Source: Promethearchaeota archaeon
GTDB lineage: Archaea; Asgardarchaeota; Lokiarchaeia; Sigyniarchaeales; SOKP01
NCBI GenBank assembly: GCA_016840085.1
Contig: JAEOTA010000085.1
Span: 32,001 to 96,000, forward strand
Direction: 5' to 3'
DNA: 64,000 nucleotides
Part shown: positions 10,710 to 21,112 of the stretch, in pieces
Position numbering within the stretch: position 1 is the stretch's first letter
How the letters are laid out: each line of letters starts with the position of its first letter
The notes under the pieces: model-generated
What the model saw: the letters and a program-made list of their open reading frames with translations, nothing else
Databases searched by the model: none
Told to the model about the DNA's origin: nothing
Translations under genes and position numbers: made by a program

Positions 10710-12743
10710 ATGATAAATAGTTTAACTCAAAAAGCTGAAGTTATCGAATTCCCTGATAAAAAATTTGATAAACCCCCTTCTGATACAAAATTTGTTATTT
10801 CACTACTAACTCCCGCAATAACCCTTTTTTTAATTGCTATTTTTATTCCAATAGTAATTGGTATTTTTATTAGCTTTACTAATAGCAGTGCACAAACTGG
10901 CTATTTAGGGAATAGATTAGTTCTTACTAATTTTTTTGATTTGTTATTCTATGGAAGAAGAAATTCTACTATCTTTTGGCAATATACATATCAGACGATT
11001 TTTTTTTCAGTTGTCGCCTTAATCCTCGAATTTGTATTAGGATTGGTTTTTGCCTTAATATTAAATAAAGAATTTAGAGGTCGTGGATTAGCGAGAGCAA
11101 CATTACTTATTCCGTGGGCAATTCCAACAGTTGCCTCAGCAACTATATTTAGATATGAAATATTTTCACCTGCTAGCCAATTTGGACTTATAAATAGTTT
11201 ATTTTCTCTTGTAAATTTTCAAACAATAAATTTTTATGGAGTAGATGCAGACACACTTTTTAATTTACCTGTTTTTGTTCCATATGATCCTTTTATAACC
11301 GAAATCCCAATAAAAATGACTATGGTAACTGTTATAATAATTGATGTATGGAAAACAACACCTTTTATTACATTATTAATTTTAGCTGCTTTGCAAATTG
11401 TACCTGAAGATTTATATAAAGCAGGAGATATTGCTGGCGCAAATGGTTGGCAGAAATTTAGATATATTGCGTGGCCAATGATAAAACCTGGTGTTGGAGT
11501 TGCCTTGATATTTCGCATGATGCAAGCACTTAGAGTTTATGACGCAGTTGTAGTTTTTAATGATAACAGTGTTAATTCTATGACCTCACAATCAGTAAGT
11601 TTATGGATTAGTGGAGACTTTGGTATCGCTTCAACTGTTGCATTCTTATTATTTGTGCTAATCATCATTTTTGCAATATTAATTTTATTTTTAACAAGGA
11701 GTAAAGAAACTGTTAAATTAGGAAAAGGTGAAGATGTTGAAATAGTCTATAAAGAGAAAGAAGAAAAATACGGTGTTGATCAGTTTCTTGCTGCTACGGG
11801 GGGTCAGTTTAAAAGTAGAGTTGAAAGCCCTTCTAAAAGAAGAATCAATTGGTATAAAAGGAAGCGGATTATCAAGAAAATTGTCTTTTATCTTATGGCT
11901 GTTTTTATGTGTCTTTTTTGCGCATTGCCTTTTATTTGGATTGTTTTGAGGTCTTTTAGATATCCATATTTAGATGAGCAACAAACATATTTTGAAATAA
12001 TACCTAGAGTTTTCTCCATTGAACCATATAAGATAATTTTTGAAAATTCGCGATTTACTGGGGTTTCGTTTGATAAAGCTCTTCTTAATAGTGTCATTCT
12101 TGCTGGTTTGACGGTTTTAGTTGTAATCATTTTAGGATCTTTCATTGCTTATGCCATAGCGAAATTTAAATTTCGAGGAAAACGGGTTTTAAATTCCTTC
12201 ATTTTTTCTATGAATAGCTTACCACCATTAGTTATTATTATTCCATTCTTCATTCAAATATCATTATTTATGGATTTACTCCCAATTTTACAATTAAAAG
12301 ATAATATTTATACATTAATTTTACCATATGCTGCAGTTAATTTACCGTTAGCTGTTTTTGTTTTAACAGCATTTTTTAATGAAATCCCTGAAGAACTATG
12401 GAGTGCAGCAAAAGTTGATGGCGCATCGAATTTTCAAATATTTAGAAAAATAATCTTCCCTTTAACAATTCCAGGTGTTTTTACATGTGCTATTTTAGTA
12501 TTTATTGCAGCCTGGAATGAATTACTGTTTGCTCAGATTTTTTTAACGTCTGATCGTAACCATACTGTTCCACGAGCGATATTGAGATTTGTATTTAATG
12601 AATTAAGTTTACAAGCTCCATGGGACACAGGTATCGCATTATTGGCAGCAACATCATTAGCCACAGTTCCATTAGTTGTTGTTGTGTTAATTTTCCAGAA
12701 AAAAATTATAGGTGGTTTAACTAGAGGTGCTGTTAAAGGATAA
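10710..12743 (+). CDS. Fused MalF/MalG-type sugar ABC permease
   Basis: Two EAA-loop equivalents (LYKAGDIAGAN; LWSAAKVDGAS) in one 677 aa ORF. Ends GAVKG like MalG. Confidence 0.9.
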   Translation: MINSLTQKAEVIEFPDKKFDKPPSDTKFVISLLTPAITLFLIAIFIPIVIGIFISFTNSSAQTGYLGNRLVLTNFFDLLFYGRRNSTIFWQYTYQTIFFSVVALILEFVLGLVFALILNKEFRGRGLARATLLIPWAIPTVASATIFRYEIFSPASQFGLINSLFSLVNFQTINFYGVDADTLFNLPVFVPYDPFITEIPIKMTMVTVIIIDVWKTTPFITLLILAALQIVPEDLYKAGDIAGANGWQKFRYIAWPMIKPGVGVALIFRMMQALRVYDAVVVFNDNSVNSMTSQSVSLWISGDFGIASTVAFLLFVLIIIFAILILFLTRSKETVKLGKGEDVEIVYKEKEEKYGVDQFLAATGGQFKSRVESPSKRRINWYKRKRIIKKIVFYLMAVFMCLFCALPFIWIVLRSFRYPYLDEQQTYFEIIPRVFSIEPYKIIFENSRFTGVSFDKALLNSVILAGLTVLVVIILGSFIAYAIAKFKFRGKRVLNSFIFSMNSLPPLVIIIPFFIQISLFMDLLPILQLKDNIYTLILPYAAVNLPLAVFVLTAFFNEIPEELWSAAKVDGASNFQIFRKIIFPLTIPGVFTCAILVFIAAWNELLFAQIFLTSDRNHTVPRAILRFVFNELSLQAPWDTGIALLAATSLATVPLVVVVLIFQKKIIGGLTRGAVKG

Positions 12744-12774
12744 TTTAAATTCAAGAAAAAGAAGGTAAAAAAAA

Positions 12775-13866
12775 ATGGTACATATAAAGTTAAAAAATGT
12801 TAACAAAATTTTTCAACCAGATGTACAAGTTTTAAATGATATTAATCTTGAAATTAAGGATAAGGAATTTATGGTTCTCGTAGGTCCTTCAGGATGTGGT
12901 AAATCCACTTGTTTAAACATCATCGCAGGTTTAGAATATGTTACAGATGGAAAAGTCTTTTTTGATGATGCAGATGTTACTTATCTTCCACCCAAAGAAA
13001 GAAAAGTAGCAATGGTATTTCAAAGTTATGCTTTATATCCTCACATGAATGTTAGAGAAAATATGGGATTTGCTTTAAAATTATCAAAAATAGATAAGAA
13101 GGAAATTAATAGAAGAGTTGAGGAGGCAGCAAAACTTTTGGGGATTTCAGAGTTATTAGATAGAAAACCCGGTGAATTAAGTGGGGGACAACGCCAAAGG
13201 GTAGCATTAGGAAGGTCAATTGTTAGAAATCCCACAGTATTTCTTTTTGATGAACCATTAAGTAATTTAGATGCGAAATTACGTATTCAAATGCGAGGTG
13301 AAATTATTAAATTACAAAGAAAACTTCAAATTACTCAAGTTTATGTGACACATGATCAAGTGGAAGCAATGTCTATGGCAGATCGTATATCTATCTTATT
13401 TGAGGGTAAATTTCAACAAATTGGAACGCCTAGCGAAGTATATAATAAACCAGCTAATAAATTTGTTGCGGGGTTTATTGGATCACCTTCTATGAATTTT
13501 TGGGATGCTAGTTTTAATGCAACCAAAATAATTTTTGGTGTACAAGAATATCAATTACCTTCAGAGCTCGCACAGAAACTTGATGATGAGAGAGTAGAAG
13601 AAATGATTTTAGGAATACGCCCAGAACATATTAAAATAACTCCTACTGCTCATGACAATTCTTATGAAGTTGAACTAACAGTAGTGGAGTTCTTAGGAGC
13701 AGAAACAATTGTTACTTTTGAGTTTCCAGATGGTATTAGTGGCATGATATCTGCACCTGGTTTTTATGAATCAAAAATGGGGGATAAATCATATATTTCA
13801 TTTCCTTCTGAAAAAATTCATATATTTAATAAGGAAACGGAAATAAATCTCATCCATAAATATTAA
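12775..13866 (+). CDS. malK: Sugar ABC transporter ATP-binding subunit (MalK type)
   Basis: GPSGCGKS, LSGGQRQRVA, DEPLSNLD, THDQ motifs and a C-terminal TOBE region (GIRPE). Confidence 0.93.
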   Translation: MVHIKLKNVNKIFQPDVQVLNDINLEIKDKEFMVLVGPSGCGKSTCLNIIAGLEYVTDGKVFFDDADVTYLPPKERKVAMVFQSYALYPHMNVRENMGFALKLSKIDKKEINRRVEEAAKLLGISELLDRKPGELSGGQRQRVALGRSIVRNPTVFLFDEPLSNLDAKLRIQMRGEIIKLQRKLQITQVYVTHDQVEAMSMADRISILFEGKFQQIGTPSEVYNKPANKFVAGFIGSPSMNFWDASFNATKIIFGVQEYQLPSELAQKLDDERVEEMILGIRPEHIKITPTAHDNSYEVELTVVEFLGAETIVTFEFPDGISGMISAPGFYESKMGDKSYISFPSEKIHIFNKETEINLIHKY

Positions 13867-13892
13867 CAACCACATAAATTCTATATTAAAAC

Positions 13893-14372
13893 TTGGTGAA
13901 TTATATCCCTTTCATTGCTAATTTATATCAAAATGCTAAAGAAAAGAACATCCTTGCTGGAGTAGTTATTATCGACTTAATTTCCTTTATTTCATATATT
14001 ATTTTTTCAGCAGGTTTTTTCTATTTAGGAGATCTCCAAATGGTTATTGGATGTATTGTAGGAACTTATTTTTCTCTTAAAAACATTAAATCTAATCAAT
14101 CTTTTATAAAACATGGTATAATGGTTAGCTTAGGTGGAACTATTTTATCAGCAATTTCAATGAGTTTTTTTGACTGGATTATATTTTGGCAAATAACAGG
14201 ATTTTCTCTATTTTCATTTCTAGTGATTTTTGGCCTATTTTCAATTGAAGCATTGATCATAGGATTAATCATTGGAGGGATTCTTGGAGGTTATTACCAT
14301 CATACAAACAAGAAAGGAATTGAAACATCCCCTAAAGAAGATGAATTTTATGAAAGTTTAATAGAAAAGTAA
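13893..14372 (+). CDS. Hypothetical multi-pass membrane protein
   Basis: About four hydrophobic helices; follows malK on the same strand. Confidence 0.7.
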   Translation: MVNYIPFIANLYQNAKEKNILAGVVIIDLISFISYIIFSAGFFYLGDLQMVIGCIVGTYFSLKNIKSNQSFIKHGIMVSLGGTILSAISMSFFDWIIFWQITGFSLFSFLVIFGLFSIEALIIGLIIGGILGGYYHHTNKKGIETSPKEDEFYESLIEK

Positions 14373-14440
14373 ATTTTTAGAATATAAAATTTAGTTAAAT
14401 ATATGCCAATTCAAAAATTAAGTAAATAAGTATTGATAAA

Positions 14441-14698
14441 ATGGAATTTAAAGAATTTCTAACCAAATTTATTAGCTATAATAAAAGAATTATAAGAAAG
14501 TTAATAGTAATCACTTTTATTGTCTTTTATTTTGCTTTTTTAATTTTGTACAATCTTTTAAGAATAAATTTACAATATTCCATAGAATCAAGTTGGTCAT
14601 TAGGATTAATTTATGCGCTAATATCCGCTCTTATTCTAGTCTTGATTGTAGATTTATTGCGTTTCATCTACATAATTAAATCGGGAAAAGAATTATAA
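14441..14698 (+). CDS. Small two-TM membrane protein, paralogue of 7392-7643
   Basis: Direct sequence similarity to 7392-7643. Confidence 0.75.
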   Translation: MEFKEFLTKFISYNKRIIRKLIVITFIVFYFAFLILYNLLRINLQYSIESSWSLGLIYALISALILVLIVDLLRFIYIIKSGKEL

Positions 14699-14800
14699 GA
14701 GAACTCTTAGTTTTTTAAGATTTAAGAAAAATAATAATTACTAGTTTTCAAAATGAGTATATAAAGCTATATTAGTTTCTTAAACCTACTCTGAAAAATT

Positions 14801-15970
14801 TTATAGTTTTAATGGATATTTACGATATTTCTCTATAGCTGCTCTGAATGCTAAAATGTTTTCCCATGGCACATTTAAGATATTATGACTTGGTCCTGCA
14901 AAATAACCTCCACCATAAGCAGCTGCCTTGATACATCTTTTTACTTCTTGCTCAACTTCTTTAGCAGTTGCAAAACTTAATATTCTAGTAGCATCCATTC
15001 CACCCATAAAACTCAATCGATCTCCTAAAGTTTCCTTTAAGTGTGCCAAATCAACACCCGCAGCAGGTTCCAGTGCTTGAATGCAATCTAATCCTGCATC
15101 AACCATGTCTGGGAGTAATTTATCAATATATCCACATGAATGCTGAACAATAAATATTCCGTGTTTTTTGCATTCTTGATACATCTTCTTGTAGTAGGGT
15201 AGCATAAACTTACGAAAATTCTCAAGGGAAAACATCGAACGCCCTTTATACCCTAGATCATCGTAATAAAATACAACATCTATTCCTGCTTCAGCATAAC
15301 GTTTAATAAATTCTAAATTTGTTTTAGTATATTCCTCCATAACTTCATGGATAAATTGTGGGTTTTTTCGCATATGATAAGTAACCCTACTTACGGTCAT
15401 TCCTTCGAATAGAGCTTCATTCATGGCAATCATTAATCTAGCCATTGGATATAAGTATGGAGAGAGACTGTCTACAAACTCTTCCCAGATTTTGGGGGAA
15501 TAATTAACCTCATCATTAATACATTCAGAAGGTTTTCCATATTCATCCCAATAAGAGTGTAAAATTTCAGGTGTTCTGAAATAGCCATCTAGATACCATG
15601 CATAAGTTAAGCCCGTCTTAATTTGTTCCACTCGCTTAAATATTCTCCCAGCTGTTGGGACTATGTAACTTCCAGGATATTCAGGTGGACCTTCAGCAAT
15701 AACTGTTTTCATTCTATGCCTCCATGGATCAATTACATGGCAATCAACATTCCAGAATCGCAGTTCTGTGATATCTCCCGCCCATCGATATTCTTCTTTT
15801 GAATAGTTATTTTTAATATAAGTGTGATTTTCTTTATATTCATCTGATTCCAGATATTGTTGATAAGCAGTACCAGTTCTTTCGAAACCGAGAGTATGGA
15901 TAGGTACCATATCTGGCTCCTCATCACATTCTAAGGCTCGAATAACTCGTTCTCGTTTTGATAAAACCAT
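14801..15970 (-). CDS. Uroporphyrinogen decarboxylase superfamily protein (MtaA/CmuA-like methyltransferase)
   Basis: DDLG, HSCG, GGYFAGPSHN, VPWEN motifs. Divergent from a corrinoid protein gene. Confidence 0.85.
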   Translation of the reverse strand: MVLSKRERVIRALECDEEPDMVPIHTLGFERTGTAYQQYLESDEYKENHTYIKNNYSKEEYRWAGDITELRFWNVDCHVIDPWRHRMKTVIAEGPPEYPGSYIVPTAGRIFKRVEQIKTGLTYAWYLDGYFRTPEILHSYWDEYGKPSECINDEVNYSPKIWEEFVDSLSPYLYPMARLMIAMNEALFEGMTVSRVTYHMRKNPQFIHEVMEEYTKTNLEFIKRYAEAGIDVVFYYDDLGYKGRSMFSLENFRKFMLPYYKKMYQECKKHGIFIVQHSCGYIDKLLPDMVDAGLDCIQALEPAAGVDLAHLKETLGDRLSFMGGMDATRILSFATAKEVEQEVKRCIKAAAYGGGYFAGPSHNILNVPWENILAFRAAIEKYRKYPLKL

Positions 15971-16093
15971 AATAAGAAATTAATTTTGGTTATTTAAAAA
16001 AATTTTTAATACAAATATAGTTGTAATAATTATTATAAACTAAAATGGAATTGGGGAATATTAAACTACTTATTCAAAAATTGGCCTTATATT

Positions 16094-16729
16094 ATGGATT
16101 TTGAAGAATTAACTGAACTTGTTGTTGAATTGGAATTAGATGATATAGCTGACGCTGTAAAGATTGCACTAAAGGAAGATGGAAAAGATCCATTTGAAAT
16201 TTTAACAGCTTTAACAAAAGGTATGGACGAAGTAAGTCGACGTTATGAGGAATTTGAATATTTTTTAGGTGAATTAGTATTAGCAGGAGATACTATGAAA
16301 GCCGGTCTTGAGGTTTTAAAACCAGCTTTAGCAGTTTCAGATGGTACTAAAGAAAAAACAAAAGTTATAATTGCAACTGTTAAAGGAGATCAACATGATC
16401 TTGGGAAAAACCTACTAGGAACATTACTGCTAAGTGCTAATTTTGAAGTATACGATCTAGGCAGAAATGTGGATGCAGAAACAATAGTAGAAAAGGTTAA
16501 AGAAACTGGAGCATCAGTTGTAGCTTTAAGTTCTTTATTATCTATGACGGTAGATCAAATTGGGGTTGTTCACAAAGCACTGGAAGAAGCAGGATTACGA
16601 GATAAAGTAAAATTGATCGTGGGAGGTGCCCCTTTAAATATGGAGCTTGCAAAGCAATTTGGTGCCGATGATTATGCTGATGATGCTATATATGGGGTTG
16701 ATCACATAAAGAAATTAGCTGAGAATTAA
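16094..16729 (+). CDS. Corrinoid (B12-binding) protein of methyltransferase systems
   Basis: ATVKGDQHDLGKN (DxHxxG), ALSSLL, IVGGAP motifs. Confidence 0.93.
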   Translation: MDFEELTELVVELELDDIADAVKIALKEDGKDPFEILTALTKGMDEVSRRYEEFEYFLGELVLAGDTMKAGLEVLKPALAVSDGTKEKTKVIIATVKGDQHDLGKNLLGTLLLSANFEVYDLGRNVDAETIVEKVKETGASVVALSSLLSMTVDQIGVVHKALEEAGLRDKVKLIVGGAPLNMELAKQFGADDYADDAIYGVDHIKKLAEN

Positions 16730-16753
16730 TGTAATATTAGTATTCTCATGATT

Positions 16754-17389
16754 TTATTGATAAATAATTGAAAAATAACATATATAATACCCAATCACAC
16801 TAATAGTGTTAATCAAAATTATCCAATCTCTTTTATTTTTTCTATTATAATCTTTTCTAATTTGTTCTCTTTTTAATTCAGCTTCGAGGGCTTGTTGTTG
16901 GTAACTTTTTACAATGTCAGGATCAGTCAATACGTAATGAATAGATGGATCATATTGAGCCCTACCGCTTCTGGCAGCATCTCCAACGTAAGTTAGTCTG
17001 CTTAAATTTTCTAATAAGGGGGAATCTTTAGTTCAAATAACTATGTAGAAAATTTCAGAAATAGAAATGCCAAATATAATATAATCCAAAAATCCATAAC
17101 TGAAATTCATAAGTGGAATCATAAAAAGTCCAGGTATGGCGTAGAAAGAACCACAAATTAAAGCTCCGAACACGAAATATGAATTAAAAGGATTCTTTAC
17201 TTTAAAAGTAAAAATAATTCCAATTGTTATTATTGCTATAAAAATAAAAGCAAGAATTACTAAGATTAAATTATTCGGAATTAACAAGATCATAAAGCTC
17301 ATTATAAAACAATTGAACAAACCAAAAAAAATATCATAATATTGAATTGTCTCTCTCTTGTCTGAAGTGCTATTTATTTCTTTATCCAT
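16754..17389 (-). pseudogene. Membrane protein gene interrupted by one in-frame TGA (17033-17035)
   Basis: The frame continues ~92 codons past the TGA (TKDSPLLENL...RDWIILINTISVIGYYICYFSIIYQ) to TAA at 16754-16756. Confidence 0.6.
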
Positions 17390-17627
17390 AAAATATCTTG
17401 ATTCATTATTGTTTTGTATTCTAGGAAGTAATATTATAAATTAAAGGATTTTAATTTGAATTGAAATGTTAACTAAATGATTCGTGTCCTCTTTAAACGC
17501 AATTAGCCTATAGTTAATTAGAAAGTAGCTTTAGATGGAATTAAACAGATTATAAAACTGAAAATCAGAATATGCAATATTTCTAAAATACTAATAATTA
17601 AGTTATACCTTAATTGAACTCTAAGAT

Positions 17628-19133
17628 TTACTCGATTTCAGGGATTAAAAAAATGAACTTAGCACCTTTAGTGTAATCCCCTTTCACCCTATCTTCAACC
17701 CAAATTTTGCCACCATAACTTTCTAATATTTTCTTTACAAGTGTTAATCCAAATCCCATTCCTTTTGAACCTTTTTCTTTGATAAACCTTTCTTGGAAAA
17801 TTACTTTTTTCTTTTCTTCAGAAATCCCAATGCCATTATCTATGAATTCAAATTTAATGAACCTAATATTTTTTTGTAATTCTTTAGAAACTCTTACGAG
17901 AATCTCCACTTTGGATTTATCATTATAATTTAAAGCATTAATTAATAAATTTTCAAAAATATCGATTAAGAGATCATTAGCTTGGATGAAGATTTTATCT
18001 TGAAATGAATCTAATGAAATATCAATATCTCTTATTCTTTTGTTAGCCCTAATACAATTAATCGCGTCTTTTAATACTTTAATTGCATCAATAACTTTAA
18101 TTGATTTTTCTGAAACATCTAAAGAAGATAATTTTTGGACATTTGCAACTAACTTTTTACCTCTGGCAAATTGTTTTTTAATTAAGTCATAAAGTTCTTC
18201 AATATCACTTTCTCTCTCTGGTTCATTTAGATATTTCTCACTAAGTTCAATTGAAATACCAATATTAGTAAGTATGTTATTAATATCATGATAGAATAAA
18301 TCTTTATAAAGTTCAGCTCGATTATATGCTTCTCGAAATTGCTTCTCTGATTGTTTTAATTTCTTTTCAGCTTCTTTTTTCTCAGTAATATCTCGAGTAA
18401 AACCATAAAAACCAACTTTTCTTCCACTAGAGTCGTATCTTAAATAAAAAGATCCTTCAAAAGTACGCTTTTCGCCATCACTTCTTATAACTTGACTTTC
18501 AAAAGTCCCTTTTGGAAGTTCATTCTTATATAAATTATTAAAGATATTAAATACTTCTTCTATTGTTTTTTTATCCACTTGAGTAGTGTAACTTTTTCCT
18601 AATAGTTTTTTTTTCGGAATCCCTACGTATCTACTAATATAATCATTTACATAAGTATAATTTCCTCGTAGATCTACTTCAAAGTATCCATCCTCAATAT
18701 TCTCGATTATTTCTCTATACTTTTTATCAGATTCCAATAATTTTTGTTGAGTTTCTTTTATTTGTGTTATATTTCTTAACAATAACACGATTTTACCATG
18801 ATTATTATCATCAACCAACTGGCCTTTTGCGGAAAATTGAATATAATTTCCTTTTTTGTGCTGTACTTTTAGTTCAGCAGATATAGCGTCATTTGTTTTT
18901 ATTGCGTTATTAAGTATCTCCTTTATTCTTAACCTATCATCAGGATGTATAAGATGAATAAATCTTTGTCCTATAAATTCTTTAGATGAATAACCAAGTA
19001 GGCCATTAACTTGAGGATTAATATATGTAATAGCTAAATCTAAATTTATTTCAACTAGTATATCTAAAATGCTGTTTATAAGATTAAGATATCTCGTTTC
19101 AGATTCTTTTAATTCATTTTTAAACTTACTCAT
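17628..19133 (-). CDS. PAS-PAS sensor histidine kinase
   Basis: Two PAS domains, H-box HDINN, N-box NLLINA, DNGIG and GMGFGL. Confidence 0.93.
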   Translation of the reverse strand: MSKFKNELKESETRYLNLINSILDILVEINLDLAITYINPQVNGLLGYSSKEFIGQRFIHLIHPDDRLRIKEILNNAIKTNDAISAELKVQHKKGNYIQFSAKGQLVDDNNHGKIVLLLRNITQIKETQQKLLESDKKYREIIENIEDGYFEVDLRGNYTYVNDYISRYVGIPKKKLLGKSYTTQVDKKTIEEVFNIFNNLYKNELPKGTFESQVIRSDGEKRTFEGSFYLRYDSSGRKVGFYGFTRDITEKKEAEKKLKQSEKQFREAYNRAELYKDLFYHDINNILTNIGISIELSEKYLNEPERESDIEELYDLIKKQFARGKKLVANVQKLSSLDVSEKSIKVIDAIKVLKDAINCIRANKRIRDIDISLDSFQDKIFIQANDLLIDIFENLLINALNYNDKSKVEILVRVSKELQKNIRFIKFEFIDNGIGISEEKKKVIFQERFIKEKGSKGMGFGLTLVKKILESYGGKIWVEDRVKGDYTKGAKFIFLIPEIE

Positions 19134-19459
19134 AACTTAAGCTCCTTTTTAAATACATTTTATCTAAAAACATTACAATTGGCAGGCTAGGTCTTTTCAT
19201 AAAATTGGATTAAATCTATTATTATAAGTTTTTAAATTTGATTAAAATTCAATAGATATTACTATGAAGATAAGTAAGAAATTTAATTTTTTCTTATAGA
19301 TTTAATTTACGTTACAATAGTTAGAATAAAGAGGGAAAAAGAAAAAGAATTGAATTATTTAGGATAATTTATTTTGACTCCTCTTTTTAATAATCTCCCC
19401 AAAATAAAAAAATTTAAGTAAGGTTTATGAATTCAAGGATTTGCACAATTTCTTGTATA

Positions 19460-20884
19460 CTAAAAGTTTAATCCCTTAAAGTAATTTACTGTTGTATAAA
19501 TATCTTTACCACCTTTTCTAAGATAATCCATAGCTTCTTCGATACCTTCAATTGTTAAGTCAAACATAGGAATTATGCTAGAGATGATCTTTCTAGTCCA
19601 TGGTGACCATTCAGGTCTTATAAGTTCAGGATTTAACCATACGATTCCATTTTTAAAATGATCCCCGAGCTCCTTGATATAATAGATTCCTGGTAATTCA
19701 TTTCTATGATAATAATATATCGAACCATATTTTTCAGTTAATTCCCAAGACGCCATTGCAGCGTCGCCCACTATGACAACTCTATATTTATTATCATATT
19801 TTCTTAGAAAATCGTTGAATTCAATAGCTTCATCAGGATTGCGTTTTGCATTGAAATAAATTGTTTCATAGATGCAATTATGGAAATAATAATGTTTAAA
19901 ATCTTTCCAATGAGACATATTATTTGCTGCTGAGAAAAGTAAATTAACGAGATGGGCATAAGGAGTCATACTACCTCCAACGTCCATTAAAAGGAGGAGT
20001 TTTACATCATTTTTTCTACGTTTATCAAATACTATTTCAATATCTCCACAGTTTTTAGCAGTTTTATCAATAGTTTCATCTAAATTTAACTCGTCTCTTT
20101 TTCCAATTTCTTCAAGCTTCTTGAGTTTTTTCAGAGCAACTTTGATTTGTCGTGTATCTAAAACGATATCTTTGCGATAATCTTTAAAAATTCTTTTTTC
20201 TGCTATTTGAACTGCTGTCCGCATACCTGAAGAACCACCAATTCTCATTCCCATAGGATTTTCTCCAGAATGCCCAAAAGGAGATGTGCCCTGCGTGCCA
20301 ATCCAATGATCTCCAAAATTATGTTCTTCATCTTGTCTTTGCATTAAATCTTCGAATTGTTTTTGCATTTCTTCGAGATTAAAAAATTGGTTTAACATTT
20401 CTTGGGATATCCCATCAATTTCAGCAATACCAAGGTTTTTCTGCAACCATTTCAATATTTCCTCCTTAATATCCTCTGGTGCGTTTATTAAAAGCTTACC
20501 TTCAAGTTTATCTCTGTATTTCTCTAACAGTTCTTGAAGTAATTCTTGTATATCTACAACGTTGAGGTATTGTTGATATTCTCTTAATAATAATTGCAAT
20601 CCTTCAATTAATTCTGGGAAAGTAATATCTTTCTCTAACCAATCCCAAATCTCGTGTTTAAGATCATCAGGGAATCTTATCATAGCATTTTTAAAGAAAT
20701 TAGCAAAAGAAATGTCATAGATGTCAAAATGATGTTCATTTTTGCATAAAATAGATCTTGAAGTATAATAAAACTCGACCATGTTATGGATAAGCCCTTT
20801 ATTTAACGCCTCTAATAGGGTAATATACTCTGTTATTGATACAGGAAGTCTTTCTTTAAGGTAATAAAAAAATTCGATAAACAT
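19460..20884 (-). CDS. VWA-domain protein (CoxE-like), partner of the MoxR ATPase
   Basis: MDVGGSM MIDAS-like motif, YFHNCIY, VGDA, WLNP, WIGTQGTSPFG. Confidence 0.85.
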   Translation of the reverse strand: MFIEFFYYLKERLPVSITEYITLLEALNKGLIHNMVEFYYTSRSILCKNEHHFDIYDISFANFFKNAMIRFPDDLKHEIWDWLEKDITFPELIEGLQLLLREYQQYLNVVDIQELLQELLEKYRDKLEGKLLINAPEDIKEEILKWLQKNLGIAEIDGISQEMLNQFFNLEEMQKQFEDLMQRQDEEHNFGDHWIGTQGTSPFGHSGENPMGMRIGGSSGMRTAVQIAEKRIFKDYRKDIVLDTRQIKVALKKLKKLEEIGKRDELNLDETIDKTAKNCGDIEIVFDKRRKNDVKLLLLMDVGGSMTPYAHLVNLLFSAANNMSHWKDFKHYYFHNCIYETIYFNAKRNPDEAIEFNDFLRKYDNKYRVVIVGDAAMASWELTEKYGSIYYYHRNELPGIYYIKELGDHFKNGIVWLNPELIRPEWSPWTRKIISSIIPMFDLTIEGIEEAMDYLRKGGKDIYTTVNYFKGLNF

Positions 20885-21112
20885 TTAATTAAATCTTAAT
20901 ATCTTCAATGGTCGTTATTTAAATAGAGTTAACCATATAATATTAGTTTTTGGTCAATATCAATACTTCTTTAATCTTCTTATAAAATAATTTGGTCTTA
21001 TAGTAATAAACTAAGTATAAGAAAAAATTATTTATAAACTTGAAAACCCAAAAACTCATTGATATTATCTGGATATTTATTATTTTGAATTATTATTAAT
21101 GGACGCATCGCT

